Source: Octopus sinensis
Lineage: Eukaryota
Assembly: GCF_006345805.1 (NCBI RefSeq)
Contig: NC_042999.1
Span: forward strand, 108,500,001-108,564,000
Direction: 5' to 3'
Length of the DNA: 64,000 bases
Shown: positions 52,419-64,000 of the stretch, in pieces
Numbering within the stretch: the stretch's first letter is position 1
How the letters are laid out: every line of letters begins with the position of its first letter
Made by a program: the position numbers and the translations under genes
The notes under the pieces: model-generated
Databases searched by the model: none
What the model saw: only the letters and a program-made list of their open reading frames with translations
Told to the model about the DNA's origin: nothing

Positions 52419-52605
52419 AGACAGATTGACAGACAGATAGATATGGCTGTGAAGATGCAGGTATGGCTGTATGGTTAAGAAGTTCACTTCCCAACCAAGT
52501 GGTTTCAGGTTCAATCCCACCCTGCTGCACTCTGGGAGAGTGTCCTCTACTTTAGCCTCAAGCTAACCAACACATTGTGAGTGGTAGGTGGAAACTTCTG
52601 TAGGC
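52258..52605. mobile_element. Head-to-head pair of SINE family A halves separated by (GT)n
   Basis: Minus copy about 52258-52365, (GT)n 52375-52413, plus copy about 52455-52605. Confidence 0.6.
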
Positions 52606-53337
52606 CTTGTGTGTGTGTGTGTGTTAGAGAGAGAGAGGGGAGAAAGAGAAAAAGCATGTTTGTACATTTGTGCAAAGATGAGTGTATATCAGTGTTTTTA
52701 TATTCCACCCTTGTCACCACTAGAGTGAAACAAGGATTTTGGCGTTCCTTGTTAGCATTATGACTGTCTAATAAAGATAACGCTTACTTGAAAAACAGGT
52801 AAAGGTTCAGAACTGGAAGAGCATCCAGTTGTAAAATCCTAAACCTATGTTAGCATGCAAAAACAGATATTCAATGTAGAAACTGAATGAACTTACACAC
52901 ACACACACAAACATACACATACACATACACACACATGCAATGGTAGTTTCCCTCTTCTAAATTTTGCTCACATGGCACTCTTGCCCACCTTCAAACCTGA
53001 AATAATGTACAAAGCAAACTTTTCAACCACATTGTTGAGTGTTATAGCATATTTAAGGACACTTTCATTGGTTTAACACATTTACAAGTGCTTTTCCTTA
53101 ATTCTGTATGCTTTAATGCTTTCCTGGTTACAGAAAGTTATCAACAAATATTCTCTGAAGCATCCTAAATTCTTTCAAAGAAGCCATCGATATTTTCTTA
53201 CAAAAAATGGTTAAAAGACTTCTCCATTGCATTAGTTTTGGGTTGTATGTTTGCTTAATCACAGCTACATTAAATTATCCAGTGTGTGTTCCATCATTCT
53301 GATAGATTCCTTACAAAATTCTCTCTTGTACTCCTTA

Positions 53338-53562
53338 AGGCAGTGAGCTGGCAGAATCATTAGCATGTCAGATAAAAATGCTTAGCAGCTTTTCTTCCAG
53401 CTTTTCATTCTGATTCCATATCCAGCTGAGGTTGATATTTGCCTTTCATCCTTTCGAAGTTGATGAAATAAGCACCAGTTGAGCAATGGAGTTCAATGTA
53501 ATCGACTAGTTCTCCCCCCCCCCGCCCCAAATTCCATGCCTGTTCCTACAGTAGAAAGGATT
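53338..53562 (+). mobile_element. SINE family B
   Basis: aaggcagtgagctggcagaatcattagcatgtcag...gcctttcatcctttcgaagttgatg. Confidence 0.8.
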
Positions 53563-55234
53563 ATCTCTTGTATCCTTATTTCATTTGTAATGAATTCTTT
53601 AAGGTTATAACTTCGTGCTCTTTACTTCAACAAGCTCACACTCTGTCTATAAGAAATGAATATCTCCCTCTCAGCTCCTGCTTCCATCATTAAATATATT
53701 CTTTTTATGTCTTCGATTTGAAAGCTAACAATGTAATAAATACATGAACACGTTGTTATTTATCTCCTTTGAGTCATCTATATCTAAATTAAATCACTTC
53801 ACCTGCCTCTTGTTTTTTTTTTATATTGCTTTCCCTCCTGAGTTCCAATTCTATGTCCCTTACACATATTTCTTCCTATCTAAAAAGGAGTCTCTTTAAT
53901 TTCTTTCCTTTTCATGTTATCCAGCTAGTTAATAATCTCCAGTAATATGGGAAAAACTAGAATTGAGAGTCTCATAGACAAAGCTACTATGATGAATACA
54001 TTAGGGCGTACTGTTTTGGTGCATTATGATCTATAAATTATAAAATGCTATTCAACTGTTGTAAAGTTTTGTTCTGGTATGTCACCCACCCTATTGCTTC
54101 TAGCTTTACATTGACAGCTTTGCATATTTTTTTTTTTTTTCCACTACAAACACATTCCTTGAACTATTTCCACCCTGCTGTATATACCATTTAATCAGGG
54201 AGGGCGTTAAGTATGTCTAGTCTCAGTCGAAGAATAAATACAAAGCAGTAAAGTTGCTTTAATATTTATCATTGCTTCTGATGTAATTGTTTCGGTACAC
54301 CAAAAATAATTTTTTTATGTTTTTGCTCCTTAAAATCAGTTATATTTTTATATGCTTCACTCTTACATCAAAGAAATTATCTTCTATTGAGTGGTATTTA
54401 GTTACATCCCCTTAGGTCCTAGGTCCAAATCCTGTTATGGTTGACTTCATTTTTCATCCTTCAATCAGGTAAATACTGGGGTCTATACAATCAACTGTTC
54501 CCCACAAAATTGTTATTTGTACATAATTTAGAAATTATATTTCATCTAATTAATTTGTATGTATAAAGATGAAAAACATAATTTTATATCTGTTGAGGAA
54601 ATTACATTGTTTATAATCAAATTCACTTTATTCAAACAGCATCATGAACACGATGACCTGTATACATGCAACAAGCTTGATCAAAGAGATTTTTCCTTAC
54701 AAAATATTCACTTTACATAAATAATAAAAACTGCTGCTTTCCCAGATGAAAATAATATGACTGCAGCAGCATGTCCTTTCTGCCATACAAGGTTAATGGA
54801 ACAAACTATTATTCAGCTTTAGTAACTGAGACTCTCATAGGGAAAAGAAAAGTCAATCTAATTAATGTTGGAATCTAATTGCGTGATAGAAAATAACTTT
54901 AATTTAAGTATTCAAAAGTTTAGTGTGATGGTTAAGTTAAATGCAACATTTCTCATATTTATACACATACGTTTTTTTTAACACTTAAACTAACACTGGA
55001 AAATATATTTGTTAATATTTCTCAATAACAATGCATGTAATTTGTTTACTAAATGTATTTGTATATTCAAATGCATGAAATGATTTTAGTAATTATTAAC
55101 TTTTCAGTATTGTGCTATTGAAAACTGAGTTTCACAATCACTTGGGCTGTAGTTCTGGCATTAATGTTTGTAAGTTACCATCAGTTCGTTAAAATCAGTT
55201 TGGCACAAACCAAGTTAAAAACTATTCCCCTTCC

Positions 55235-55454
55235 CCCTTTCATTACCAACCCGGCTGAAACCGGCTCTGGCTCTGAGTACAAATGTCTTGTTTTCAAAAG
55301 TTTTGAATTAATATCTTCCACCAAACCTTAGTCACAATTCATGTTCCTAACACTAGCCGAATGATAACCAAGTTATTTTACTAAATTCTTTGTTATATTT
55401 AAAGTAATTGAAAGAAACACAGAGCATCTCAAAATAAATACGGTAACGAAAGGG
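55235..55454. mobile_element. piggyBac-like MITE
   Basis: TIRs ccctttcattacc and ggtaacgaaaggg|ttaa. Confidence 0.75.
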
Positions 55455-55894
55455 TTAAAATATGTTAAAGGCACTTTTCGTCTCTCCAGAGTTAATAAAA
55501 TTAAGACTGGTTATATAAGGGAGTCAATTCAATCAATTACACTTTTCATCTATAAACATTTGTTGCCCATTTAGTGCAGCAGATAAACTACCTTGCAGTG
55601 GTAAATTACATTTATTTAAATTCTGAGTTTAGATCCTGTTAAAGTCAGCTTTACCATTCACCTTTTCAGGCTTCAGTGCAAGTATTGATTTGATTGACTG
55701 TAATCTTCCTATAAAATTTGTGGCTTTAGTAATTGAAAATTTTTATAACTGCTAACGCTTTTGAAACAAAACGCTTTTTGAGAGTGAGCTCAATCATAAA
55801 TAAATAACCTAATAGAAATTTCATAAATTCCTTAATTTAAATTTATTATTATCTAGTTCTATAACTAATTTTGTTGCATAATACACACATTTAT

Positions 55895-56021
55895 ATAGAT
55901 ATATTTATATATACATGTTTATATATACACACACACCTATCCATTTATACATATATATATACATAGTGCATACATATATACGTGTATATATATATATATA
56001 TATATAAACACACACACACAC

Positions 56022-56095
<74 letters not shown>
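55895..56095. repeat. (TA)n/(CA)n compound microsatellite
   Basis: Long TA array with CA insert. Confidence 0.97.
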
Positions 56096-56109
56096 AAAAC
56101 ATATACATT

Positions 56110-56298
56110 TATTGGCTCCTGTGCTGGTGGCACATAAAAAGCACCCACTACAATCTCTTGAGTGGTTGGTGTTAGGAAGGACATCCAACTGTAAAAACCC
56201 TGCCAGACCAAATTGGAACTTGGTGCAGCCGCTGGCTCTCCAGAGTCAAACCATCCAACCCATGCCAGCATGGAAAACAGACGCTAATTGATGATGAT
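56110..56298 (+). mobile_element. SINE family C 3' part
   Basis: ttggctcctgtgctggtggcac...ccaacccatgccagcatggaaaacagacg...gatgatgatg. Confidence 0.85.
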
Positions 56299-56899
56299 GT
56301 ACTGGTGAATGGGCAGAATCACTGGAGTAGCAGAACACAATTGTTCAATTGTATTTGTTCCAGCACTTTACATTCTAATTTCAAATCCCAACAGGGTCCA
56401 CTTTACCTTTCATTTTTCTGGGTCTGGTAAAATGTTACCATTGAAATTCTGGAGCCAATGGTATTGACTAACTCCTCCCACCAAAATTGCTGACCTTTTT
56501 CCTAAATCAGAAACCATTATTATTAAGTTGGTATAGTGTAGATAGTTAACAGCTACAGCAGAGAATTTAACATTTAATTAAGTAAAATAGAATTTTTAAG
56601 TTCTCAGCCTTCTAGGACATTCTTATGCTTTTATCTCTCTAGACCAAATAAAGATTAGTAGCAGTAAGAAACTGAAAATGATATTGATTCAATTCACTAT
56701 ATTCCAGTTTCTTACAAAATTGATCTGTACCTAATGAAAAAAATAATTCTTAAGGTTAAGGAATATTTATATTAAAAGCATTAACTTCAATTCTGGCAGA
56801 AATCATATTTACATAATCTCTCTCTACTTGGAACCATTCATTTGACTGTTTTCATTAGGGGATCACTTGCTACTCTTAAGTAATATAACTGACACAAGT

Positions 56900-57370
56900 G
56901 TCATTTTTATGCAATGTAGAGACCTCATGCTGGACATGAACGGAGACCTTAAATAAACTTTCCAGTTAAAGCATAACAAACTAGTTTCATCCAACATCAC
57001 TAGAAGAAAAAATCATGAAAACTTGTGGAGAAATACACCTTCAACCCTACACTTTACTCACTAGTAACCTTCAGAAACTTAGTAAATATTGGTCTTGACA
57101 GTCTCTGATGACCTTTCATGGTTAACATGCATCTTTAGCATTGACAGAATAACTGCATCTCAAAAGCTAGAATTTCCTGAGAGATGCATAAGTTACATCA
57201 TTTCCAAATACTGATCCTTAATAAGTATGACTCAGATCAGGATACTACTCAGATGCCTGTAATGAATCAGAAACTACTTACACAGACAGTTTTGATCCTA
57301 ACTAAAAGTTTTAAAAAATCTGATTGGCAGGCCTTCACACATTACTGCCTACATCCACTACATCACAAAC
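56900..57370 (+). mobile_element. Decayed LINE endonuclease-region fragment (I/Ingi-like)
   Basis: FKKSDWQAFT resembles the post-endonuclease N.KKADW..FT motif; otherwise very degenerate. Confidence 0.35.
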
Positions 57371-57689
57371 ATGTAATTCTCTTATTACACTTATGTTTGT
57401 TTCCCTGACTTATACTTTTATTAGAGTTTTCTGTCAAGATGCATCTCTCTCTCACATACATACACATTACTAAAAAATAATTAATAGCAGCACTTCTGCC
57501 AGAATAGACAGCAAGATTCTATATATCACTGACAGGGGAATTTGACTGCTGTGTCTAGCTCTGAATGTCTGTCATTGAGAAGCCCAAGGAAGGGCAAAAT
57601 TATGTGATCTGGCAGTTTTAGTGGTGACAGTGAATGATTATCACCTATCAGCAATATAAACACACGTGCTTATATGCACCACATGTCCA

Positions 57690-57970
57690 TACAAGAGATT
57701 CTCTCATGATAAATAACATAGTATTCTATGTTCTAACACAACATCCACTTTTAGTGAGAAGTAGATATAACTTTTTGGTATTAATAGTGCTTCTGTCAGT
57801 ATTACATATTTTTTAATAAGCCCACTGGCTATTTGCTACACCAGTCCATATGAGAGGTTCTGTTGTGGTAAATAAAACAGCATTCTGTGTTCTAGCACAA
57901 CATCCAATTTTAGTGGGAGGTAAATATTACCTTTGGGTATTAATTGTGCTTCTGTCGCTATTAATTATAT
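57690..57970. repeat. Diverged local direct duplication of about 100 bp
   Basis: ttctatgttctaacacaacatccacttttagtgagaag...ggtattaatagtgcttctgtc vs ttctgtgttctagcacaacatccaattttagtgggagg...ggtattaattgtgcttctgtc. Confidence 0.85.
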
Positions 57971-57984
57971 ATCATCAGCGGCAG

Positions 57985-58375
57985 CGACAACATCATCATC
58001 ATTTAACATCTGTTTTCCATACTGGCATGGGCTGCACGGCTTGACAGGAGCTGGCTAGCTGTGGAGCTGTCCAGACTCCAATTGTTGTGGCATGGTTTCT
58101 ATGGCTGGATGCCCTTCCTATTGCCAACCATTTTACAGAATGTGCTGGATGCTTTTTTACATGCCACTGGCATGGGTGCATTTACACAGCACCAGCACAA
58201 GTGCATTCTAAGTGATACTGGCACTTGTAAAGGTCAAGCCTGTATGTAGGGATAATGCAAATTGCCACAACTCCTGGTCCCTTGTCTTTTCTTCAGTGAG
58301 GCCCAGCATCTGAATATCCTTTCTCAACACTTCGTCTCATGTCTTCCTGAGTCTTCCCCTTCCACAATTAGAGGT
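57985..58375 (-). mobile_element. SINE family C
   Basis: catcatcatcatttaacatctgttttccatactggcatggg...ctggatgcccttcctattgccaacc. Confidence 0.85.
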
Positions 58376-58409
58376 TCCCTCCACAATTAGGGCTTGGCAT
58401 TTATTTATG

Positions 58410-58650
58410 CATGGAGGCACATGGCTTAGTGGATAGAGTGGTGAACATAAGATTGTGGTTTCAATTCCCAGACCAGGTGATGCATTGTGTTCTTGAGCAA
58501 AACACATCATTTCACATTGCTCCAGTTCACTCAGTTGGCAAAAATGAATAATCCTGCAATGGACTGGTGTCCCATCCAGGTGGCGAATTTATATGTCATA
58601 GAAACTGGGACACCAGCCCTTATGAGTCGACATAATTCAAGAAGGTAACT
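58410..58650 (+). mobile_element. SINE family D
   Basis: ggaggcacatggcttagtggatagagtg...gtttcaattcccagacc...tgtgttcttgagcaaaacac. Confidence 0.8.
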
Positions 58651-59556
58651 TTACTTTTTTTTTTTACTTCTTTATGCAGCTATATATATATATATATATT
58701 CACACACGTGTCTTTGGCTGTGCTTAGGTTTACTGGGGTACACATGAATGCATCCCTTTATGTGACAGTGTAAATAATCAGTTTGATAGAGAGAATATTA
58801 ATAAAGTAAGTACCAGACAAAAATATATACTGCAGTCAATCATATTGACACAAACCCTTGGAGACAATATCCTTATATGGTTGCAGTGCAATGAGAGAAA
58901 CCTGCAAATGAATAAAAGAAAATATCATGTCATTATTATTCTTGAGTTGATCTCTTCTTCGAATAGTAATAAGTTCATTTCTATATTATTAGCATAAGTA
59001 CAGTCCTCAACAATATGTCTCTTTAGGTATTCTTTAAAGGAATTATCCATTGAAATGTTTGTAATAAGCAGAAAGTCTAAATTTAGCTCAATAGAATTAG
59101 TTGTTTGTATTGCCTGATATATTCAGTACTTGTGTAATCTTCTGGGTCATGTATATGTTTAAGGATGAGTTAGGTCATTGTTTAGAATGAATGCTGCTTT
59201 ATTCACTAGCTTCTTCTTAATCATGTGTACATGTGTGTGTGTGTGTGTAGGTAGGTAGGTATATGCACCATCATTATCATCATCTTAATACCCACTATTC
59301 CATGGTTACATAGGTTGGATGGAGTTTTTTTTAGGCAAATTTTCTATAAGCAATTATTTTTCTTGTTACTAAATCTCACCTATTTCCAATCAAGGCAATA
59401 TGCCACCAACAGCAGGTATGTTTTTACAGAATACAGATAATGAATGGCATTGCTTGTATGACAGTGATTCTCATTTAGAAGTATCAGATAATGTCAAGAC
59501 AAAGAGTTACTAACATATAATTGCTCACACTCACATATATATGTGTGTGTGTTTAT

Positions 59557-59587
<31 letters not shown>

Positions 59588-59599
59588 GATAGATTGATA

Positions 59600-60170
59600 T
59601 ATCATTATTATCATTTAATGTCTGCTTTCCATGCTGGCATGGGTTGAACAGTTTGAATGAAAACTGGCAAGCCAGAAGGCTGCACCAGGCTCCAATCTGG
59701 TTTGGCATGGTTTCTACAGTTGGATGCCCTTCGTAATGCCAATCACTCCAAGAATGTAGTGAGTACTTTTTGTGTGCCACCAGCTTGGGAGCCAGTCAAG
59801 CAGCACTGGCATTGGCCATGCTCGAATGGTGTCTTTTACATGTCACTGGCACAGGTGACTTTGCAAGCACAGCATATTGCCCAGCAATTGAAGGATGCTT
59901 TTAAATGGGCCAGCTATGCGACACTAGCATTGGCCATGAGTACAAATTCACTTGACTTGCTGGGTCTTCTCAAGCACAGCACATCTTCAAAGGTCTCGGT
60001 TGCTTGTCATCACCTCTGTGAGGCCCAACATTCGAAGGTTGTGCTTCACTACCTGCTCCCATGTCTTCCTGGGTCTACATTTTCCTCAGGGTCCCTCCAC
60101 TATTAGGGTATGACACTTCTTCTCACAACTGTCCTCATCCAGCAGTGTGAAGATGTGTCACACCCTAACT
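59600..60170 (-). mobile_element. SINE family C, long copy
   Basis: atcatttaatgtctgctttccatgctggcatgggttg...ggtcttctcaagcacagc...aaaggtctcgg. Confidence 0.85.
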
Positions 60171-60245
60171 GGATATACACTCATATGTGTTTGTTTATAT
60201 TTGAGTTACTTTCTCCTCACTTTGACAGCTAGTATTGGTTTTTTT

Positions 60246-60280
<35 letters not shown>

Positions 60281-60285
60281 TGTGT

Positions 60286-60385
60286 ATACAGGATGTTTCA
60301 AAAGTAACTAATGGATTTCGATTTTTAATAGCTTCCTTAACTTTACAAATAAATGCATCAAATTTTGATACAATATAAAGGACAT
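60286..60385. mobile_element. Solo terminal fragment of the DD41D element
   Basis: tacaggatgtttcaaaagtaactaatg...cttccttaactttacaaataaatgcatcaaa...caatataaaggacat, direct repeat of 61273-61365. Confidence 0.8.
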
Positions 60386-60654
60386 GATGGAAAGTAGGAA
60401 CTCTGTAATATGTACTAAATATAAACTATGGGTGCACAGAATGTGCAGAAGGATTACAGGCAGACTCACAAGGAAGAAAACCTTGTTTTATAGAAGGGAC
60501 AGAAGAATAGTTCACATTAAATGCCTTTGTGAAATAAAATACTTTCAATTGTTTGCAAAGCTTACTGTAGTTGATAGCTTCTACCTAATTAATGTAGTTA
60601 ATGAAGCTAGTATGCTACTTTGGATATGTACTGTTAGTGTACATGAATAACACC

Positions 60655-60960
60655 TTAAACAGATAGAGGAAAAAAACTGGTTATGAAGAGTATTAGATGT
60701 AGTGTGGAAGAGAGAAAACTGTATTGGCATGGACATGTAATATGTATGAGTGATGACAGTTGGGAAAAGAAGTCCAAAGAAATTCTTTTAGAAGGAACTT
60801 GCAGAAAAAAATGAGTGAGAAGTAGTGAAAGCTGATCTCAAGAGGCTGAAATTATATGGTGACAATCAGAGACTATAACAAATGGCAATGCCCCATTCTG
60901 GAGAAGACTCACTCAACATAAAGCATAAAAAAGCAGACACAGAAATAATAATGATGATGA
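60655..60960 (+). mobile_element. RTE LINE 3' end
   Basis: SIRCSVEERKLYWHGHVICMSDDSWEKK...EVVKADLKRLKL...ILEKT then (TGA)n-like tail. Confidence 0.75.
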
Positions 60961-61233
60961 AGATTAAAGGTGGGTGTTGTGGAGAGGTTCCTGATTTAGA
61001 CTGTATGCTTGAAAGATCAGGGCTGAATAACAGAATACTTCTGTAAGGAAGAATCATAATTGTCAAATGTAAGCAAAATCAATAAAGGAGATTTGAAAAA
61101 AATCTCATTCAATGTTTGTAAATATTTTAAAGTGTTTAATAGGAATCCTCAAGTCATAACTTTTATTTTTTGTATGACAAGGATGTTTATTAGCTTTGTC
61201 ATGGATTATACATACATAAACACACACATACAT

Positions 61234-61270
<37 letters not shown>

Positions 61271-61273
61271 CAT

Positions 61274-62010
61274 ACAGGGTATCCCAAAAGTAACTGATGA
61301 ATTTTAATTTTTAATAACTTCCTTAACTTTACAAATAAATGCATCAAATACAATATAAAGGACATAACGGAAATTAATACGCACAAGTCAAATTTGCAAC
61401 ACTACTACATCACATATGAAAAATGACAGCATTTAAATAGCAGCACTTTTTGGTTTTGCACGCCCATGCTCTTTCCAAAAAGAGTTTCAGACACCACTTC
61501 TCTGATTTCTCTATTGATGTTCCTCAGTTGCACCAGGGTCTCTGGTTTGTTGATGTAAACCCTCTCTTTCAGGTATCTCCACAAGAAAAAATCTGGGCTA
61601 GTCAAGTCTGGGGAACATGAAGGTCAGTTGACATTGCTGTAGTGGGAGATTATTCTCCAAAACACTGCCATAGCAACTGCATTATTTCTCTTGCAGTATG
61701 AGCAGTAGCCCCATCTTGCTCGAACCATGTGTGAGGTCTATTATGAATGGCCAGGCACAAAAAAGTCTCAATCATGGATACCTGAAAGAGAGGGTTTACA
61801 TCAACAAACCAGAGATCCTGCTGTAACTGAAGGAGAACATCAATAAAGAAATCAGAGACGTGGGGTCTGAAACTCTTGAGGGTGTTATGGTGCAAGTTTT
61901 GGAAAGAGTGTAGGTGTGCAAGCCAAAAATGGCTGTGATTTAAGCGATATCATTTTTTATATCTGATGTAGTGGTTTTGCAAAATTTGATTTGTGCACAT
62001 TAATTTCCAT
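61274..62010 (-). mobile_element. Decayed DD41D (rosa-like) mariner-type transposon 3' part with inverted duplication
   Basis: WFEQDGATAHTARE...IISHYSNVN*PSCSPDLTSPDFFLWRYLKERVYINKP; 61372-61580 is repeated inverted at about 61778-62010. Confidence 0.8.
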
Positions 62011-62074
62011 CAAGGACATTAATAAACATGATGCTTATAATTAGGCTAATAATTTTTAATTTTTCAAATTTTGG

Positions 62075-62240
62075 CACAAGGCTAACACTTTTAGTAGGAA
62101 GGGTTTAGTCAATTACATTGCCCCCAGCACTTGCCTGGCACTCTATTTTACTGACCTCAGAAGAATGGAAGGTAAACTTGACCTCACTAATATTTGAACT
62201 TAAGCTGTAAAGATTTGGAACAAATGCTGCAAGGCAAACC
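62075..62240 (-). mobile_element. SINE family B
   Basis: ggcacaaggc...ctgacctcagaagaatggaaggtaaacttgacctc...atttgaactt. Confidence 0.7.
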
Positions 62241-62277
62241 TCTTCATTCCTATTATGAAAAAATATTAATTAAGAAA

Positions 62278-62545
62278 ATCATCATCATCATCGTTTAACA
62301 TCCATTTTCTATTTTGGCATGGGTTAGACAGTTTGACAGGAGCTGGCAAGCTAGAAGATTGCACCAAGCTCCACTGTCTGTATTGGCATGGTTTTTACAG
62401 CTGAATGCCCTTCCTAGTGTCAACCACTTTACAGAATGGACTGGCTATTTTGTATGTAATACCAGCACTGGCAAGGTCTGTTTGGCATAATTTTTGGCTG
62501 GGTGTCTTCCTAATGCCAACCACTTTACTGAGTGAACTAGGCACT
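62278..62545 (-). mobile_element. SINE family C
   Basis: atcatcatcatcgtttaacatccattttc...ggcatgggttagacagtttgacagg. Confidence 0.8.
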
Positions 62546-63540
62546 TCAGTTTCCATGCATAAATAACTGCCATTAATGTAATATCTACCATAAAAATATG
62601 TAGTTATGTCTCAGCTTATACTTTCTCTTAAGTAGAATTTGCATGAGGGCATTGTCTCAACTTTGGATATTACAAATCCTTGAAAATATTAATTTGAAGC
62701 ATACATGTGTATCTATCTGTCTGTGTGTACACACATCATTTACCATTCAGTTTTCCATGCTGGTATAGGTTAAACAGATCATAGTGTCTCATCCTCTAAA
62801 TTTAATGCTGCTTTAACCATTTTCTGCACAAACAGCTCTTGATAAACAGTTACATGTCGTTTATCATTCCTCACTTCTTTGCAAAATTTAGAACCCTGTC
62901 AACTGTCTCCTATAGCTCAAGTTCAAGAACAAAATTACCACAAATATATTCATAGATTACACTTAGCTATAAGGAATATCCACCTACCATTCACATTTTT
63001 CATGGTTTATATATCCCTGTTAATATATTTCCTCTAACACTGTGCAAGTTGGTATTTACAGAGGTACCATTCAACTTTGATCTTTTTAAAATATTTCCTG
63101 TCTCATTTCCTTATCAAAACTGACTATTAGATAAACTAGTTGAATGGCTGACTTTCTGAAGTTTGTGCTTCAGAAAATAAAACGTTTTTGTCACATTAAT
63201 ATTTTAGTTGTTTTGCATACTACTGGGTTATCTGCACATACATGTTGTCCACCGTTACATGGATACATTAAGATAAATATTCTATAACAAACCTAAGTTG
63301 TATTTTCTGTATACCCTACTACTTTTTTTTTTTTGTTTCTTTTCATATTACTAATTTAGAAGATTGATAACTTATCACATCAGTGTATCTCTATGAGTCA
63401 TTTCTGAGTAAAATCAACATGTCTCCTTTACTAATCTTCCTTTCATTGTTTCTGCATTAACACATGGTATTAATCGTGTTAGATGAGATGAAGAAGTAAA
63501 TGTTGAGGTCAATCAGTATACGTCTAGCCTTGTCACTTAA

Positions 63541-63755
63541 ATTTTTTGTTATCATTTTTCTTTAGATATACTCTGCTTTTGTTTCAAATAATTTTTTAAA
63601 GAATTACGAATTTAGTAAAGTAACTTAGTTGTTACTAAGCTGGTATTTGGAGCTTAAATGAACATAAAATTTTAATGAAAGGTTTAAATTTAGATCACTT
63701 ACAAGTCTGTATCATAGAAGCAAGGATGATCCCAAATAAGTTAGTATCAAAAAGG
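63541..63755. mobile_element. Degenerate piggyBac-like MITE flanked by TTAA
   Basis: ttaa at 63537-40 and 63756-59; body similar to the reverse complement of 55235-55454. Confidence 0.65.
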
Positions 63756-64000
63756 TTAAAATGTAGTATTGAAATATCAACCTAATTCACTAATTTGTGT
63801 CATGTAGAAACTACTGAGAAATTCTCAACATAGTCATTTGACCTACAATAAATAGCAGACAAATCTTCTTCATATCACACTTTATAGTCTTAAATATAGG
63901 AAACGACATATTTGATAATATAGTCCATGATACACCTAAAACAACTACATACCCATAGATAGATGACTTGAGGTTAAACAACAGCAACTAAATAAAAGCA

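Noticed and set aside
54450-54475. cag|gtaaat juxtaposition as a second ratchet point
   Set aside because: It falls within a degenerate SINE B copy and has a weak polypyrimidine tract.
54746-54791. DENNMTAAACPFCHTR zinc-finger-like exon
   Set aside because: Single CxxC, weak donor and no partner exon identified.
59657-60106. 149-aa ORF, and similar ORFs at 51307-51944 and 28730-29005
   Set aside because: Fortuitous frames through GC-richer SINE bodies.

Overview
AT-rich, repeat-dominated eukaryotic genomic DNA. The SINE families, RTE/CR1 LINE remnants and long (TA)n arrays look to me like an octopus (coleoid cephalopod) genome; this is recognition, not a database result. There is no intact long ORF, no true rRNA or tRNA gene, and nothing prokaryotic. 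Most listed ORFs are microsatellite or TE artefacts. The window reads as long intronic or intergenic DNA holding four decayed IS630-Tc1-mariner/pogo-type transposons (near-full-length DD36E Tc1, a DD34E IS630-like element with long TIRs, a DD41D remnant, a pogo/Tigger remnant). It also holds piggyBac-like TTAA MITEs, a foldback element, many LINE fragments (RTE, CR1/Jockey-like, Dong/R4-like) and at least four SINE families. Several short candidate exons occur on both strands, but I cannot identify a gene. The most interesting signals are a candidate recursive-splicing (AG|GTAAGT) site with a 58-nt poison RS-exon at 38.5 kb, the DD36E element, and a high density of closely spaced inverted repeats that could form dsRNA.
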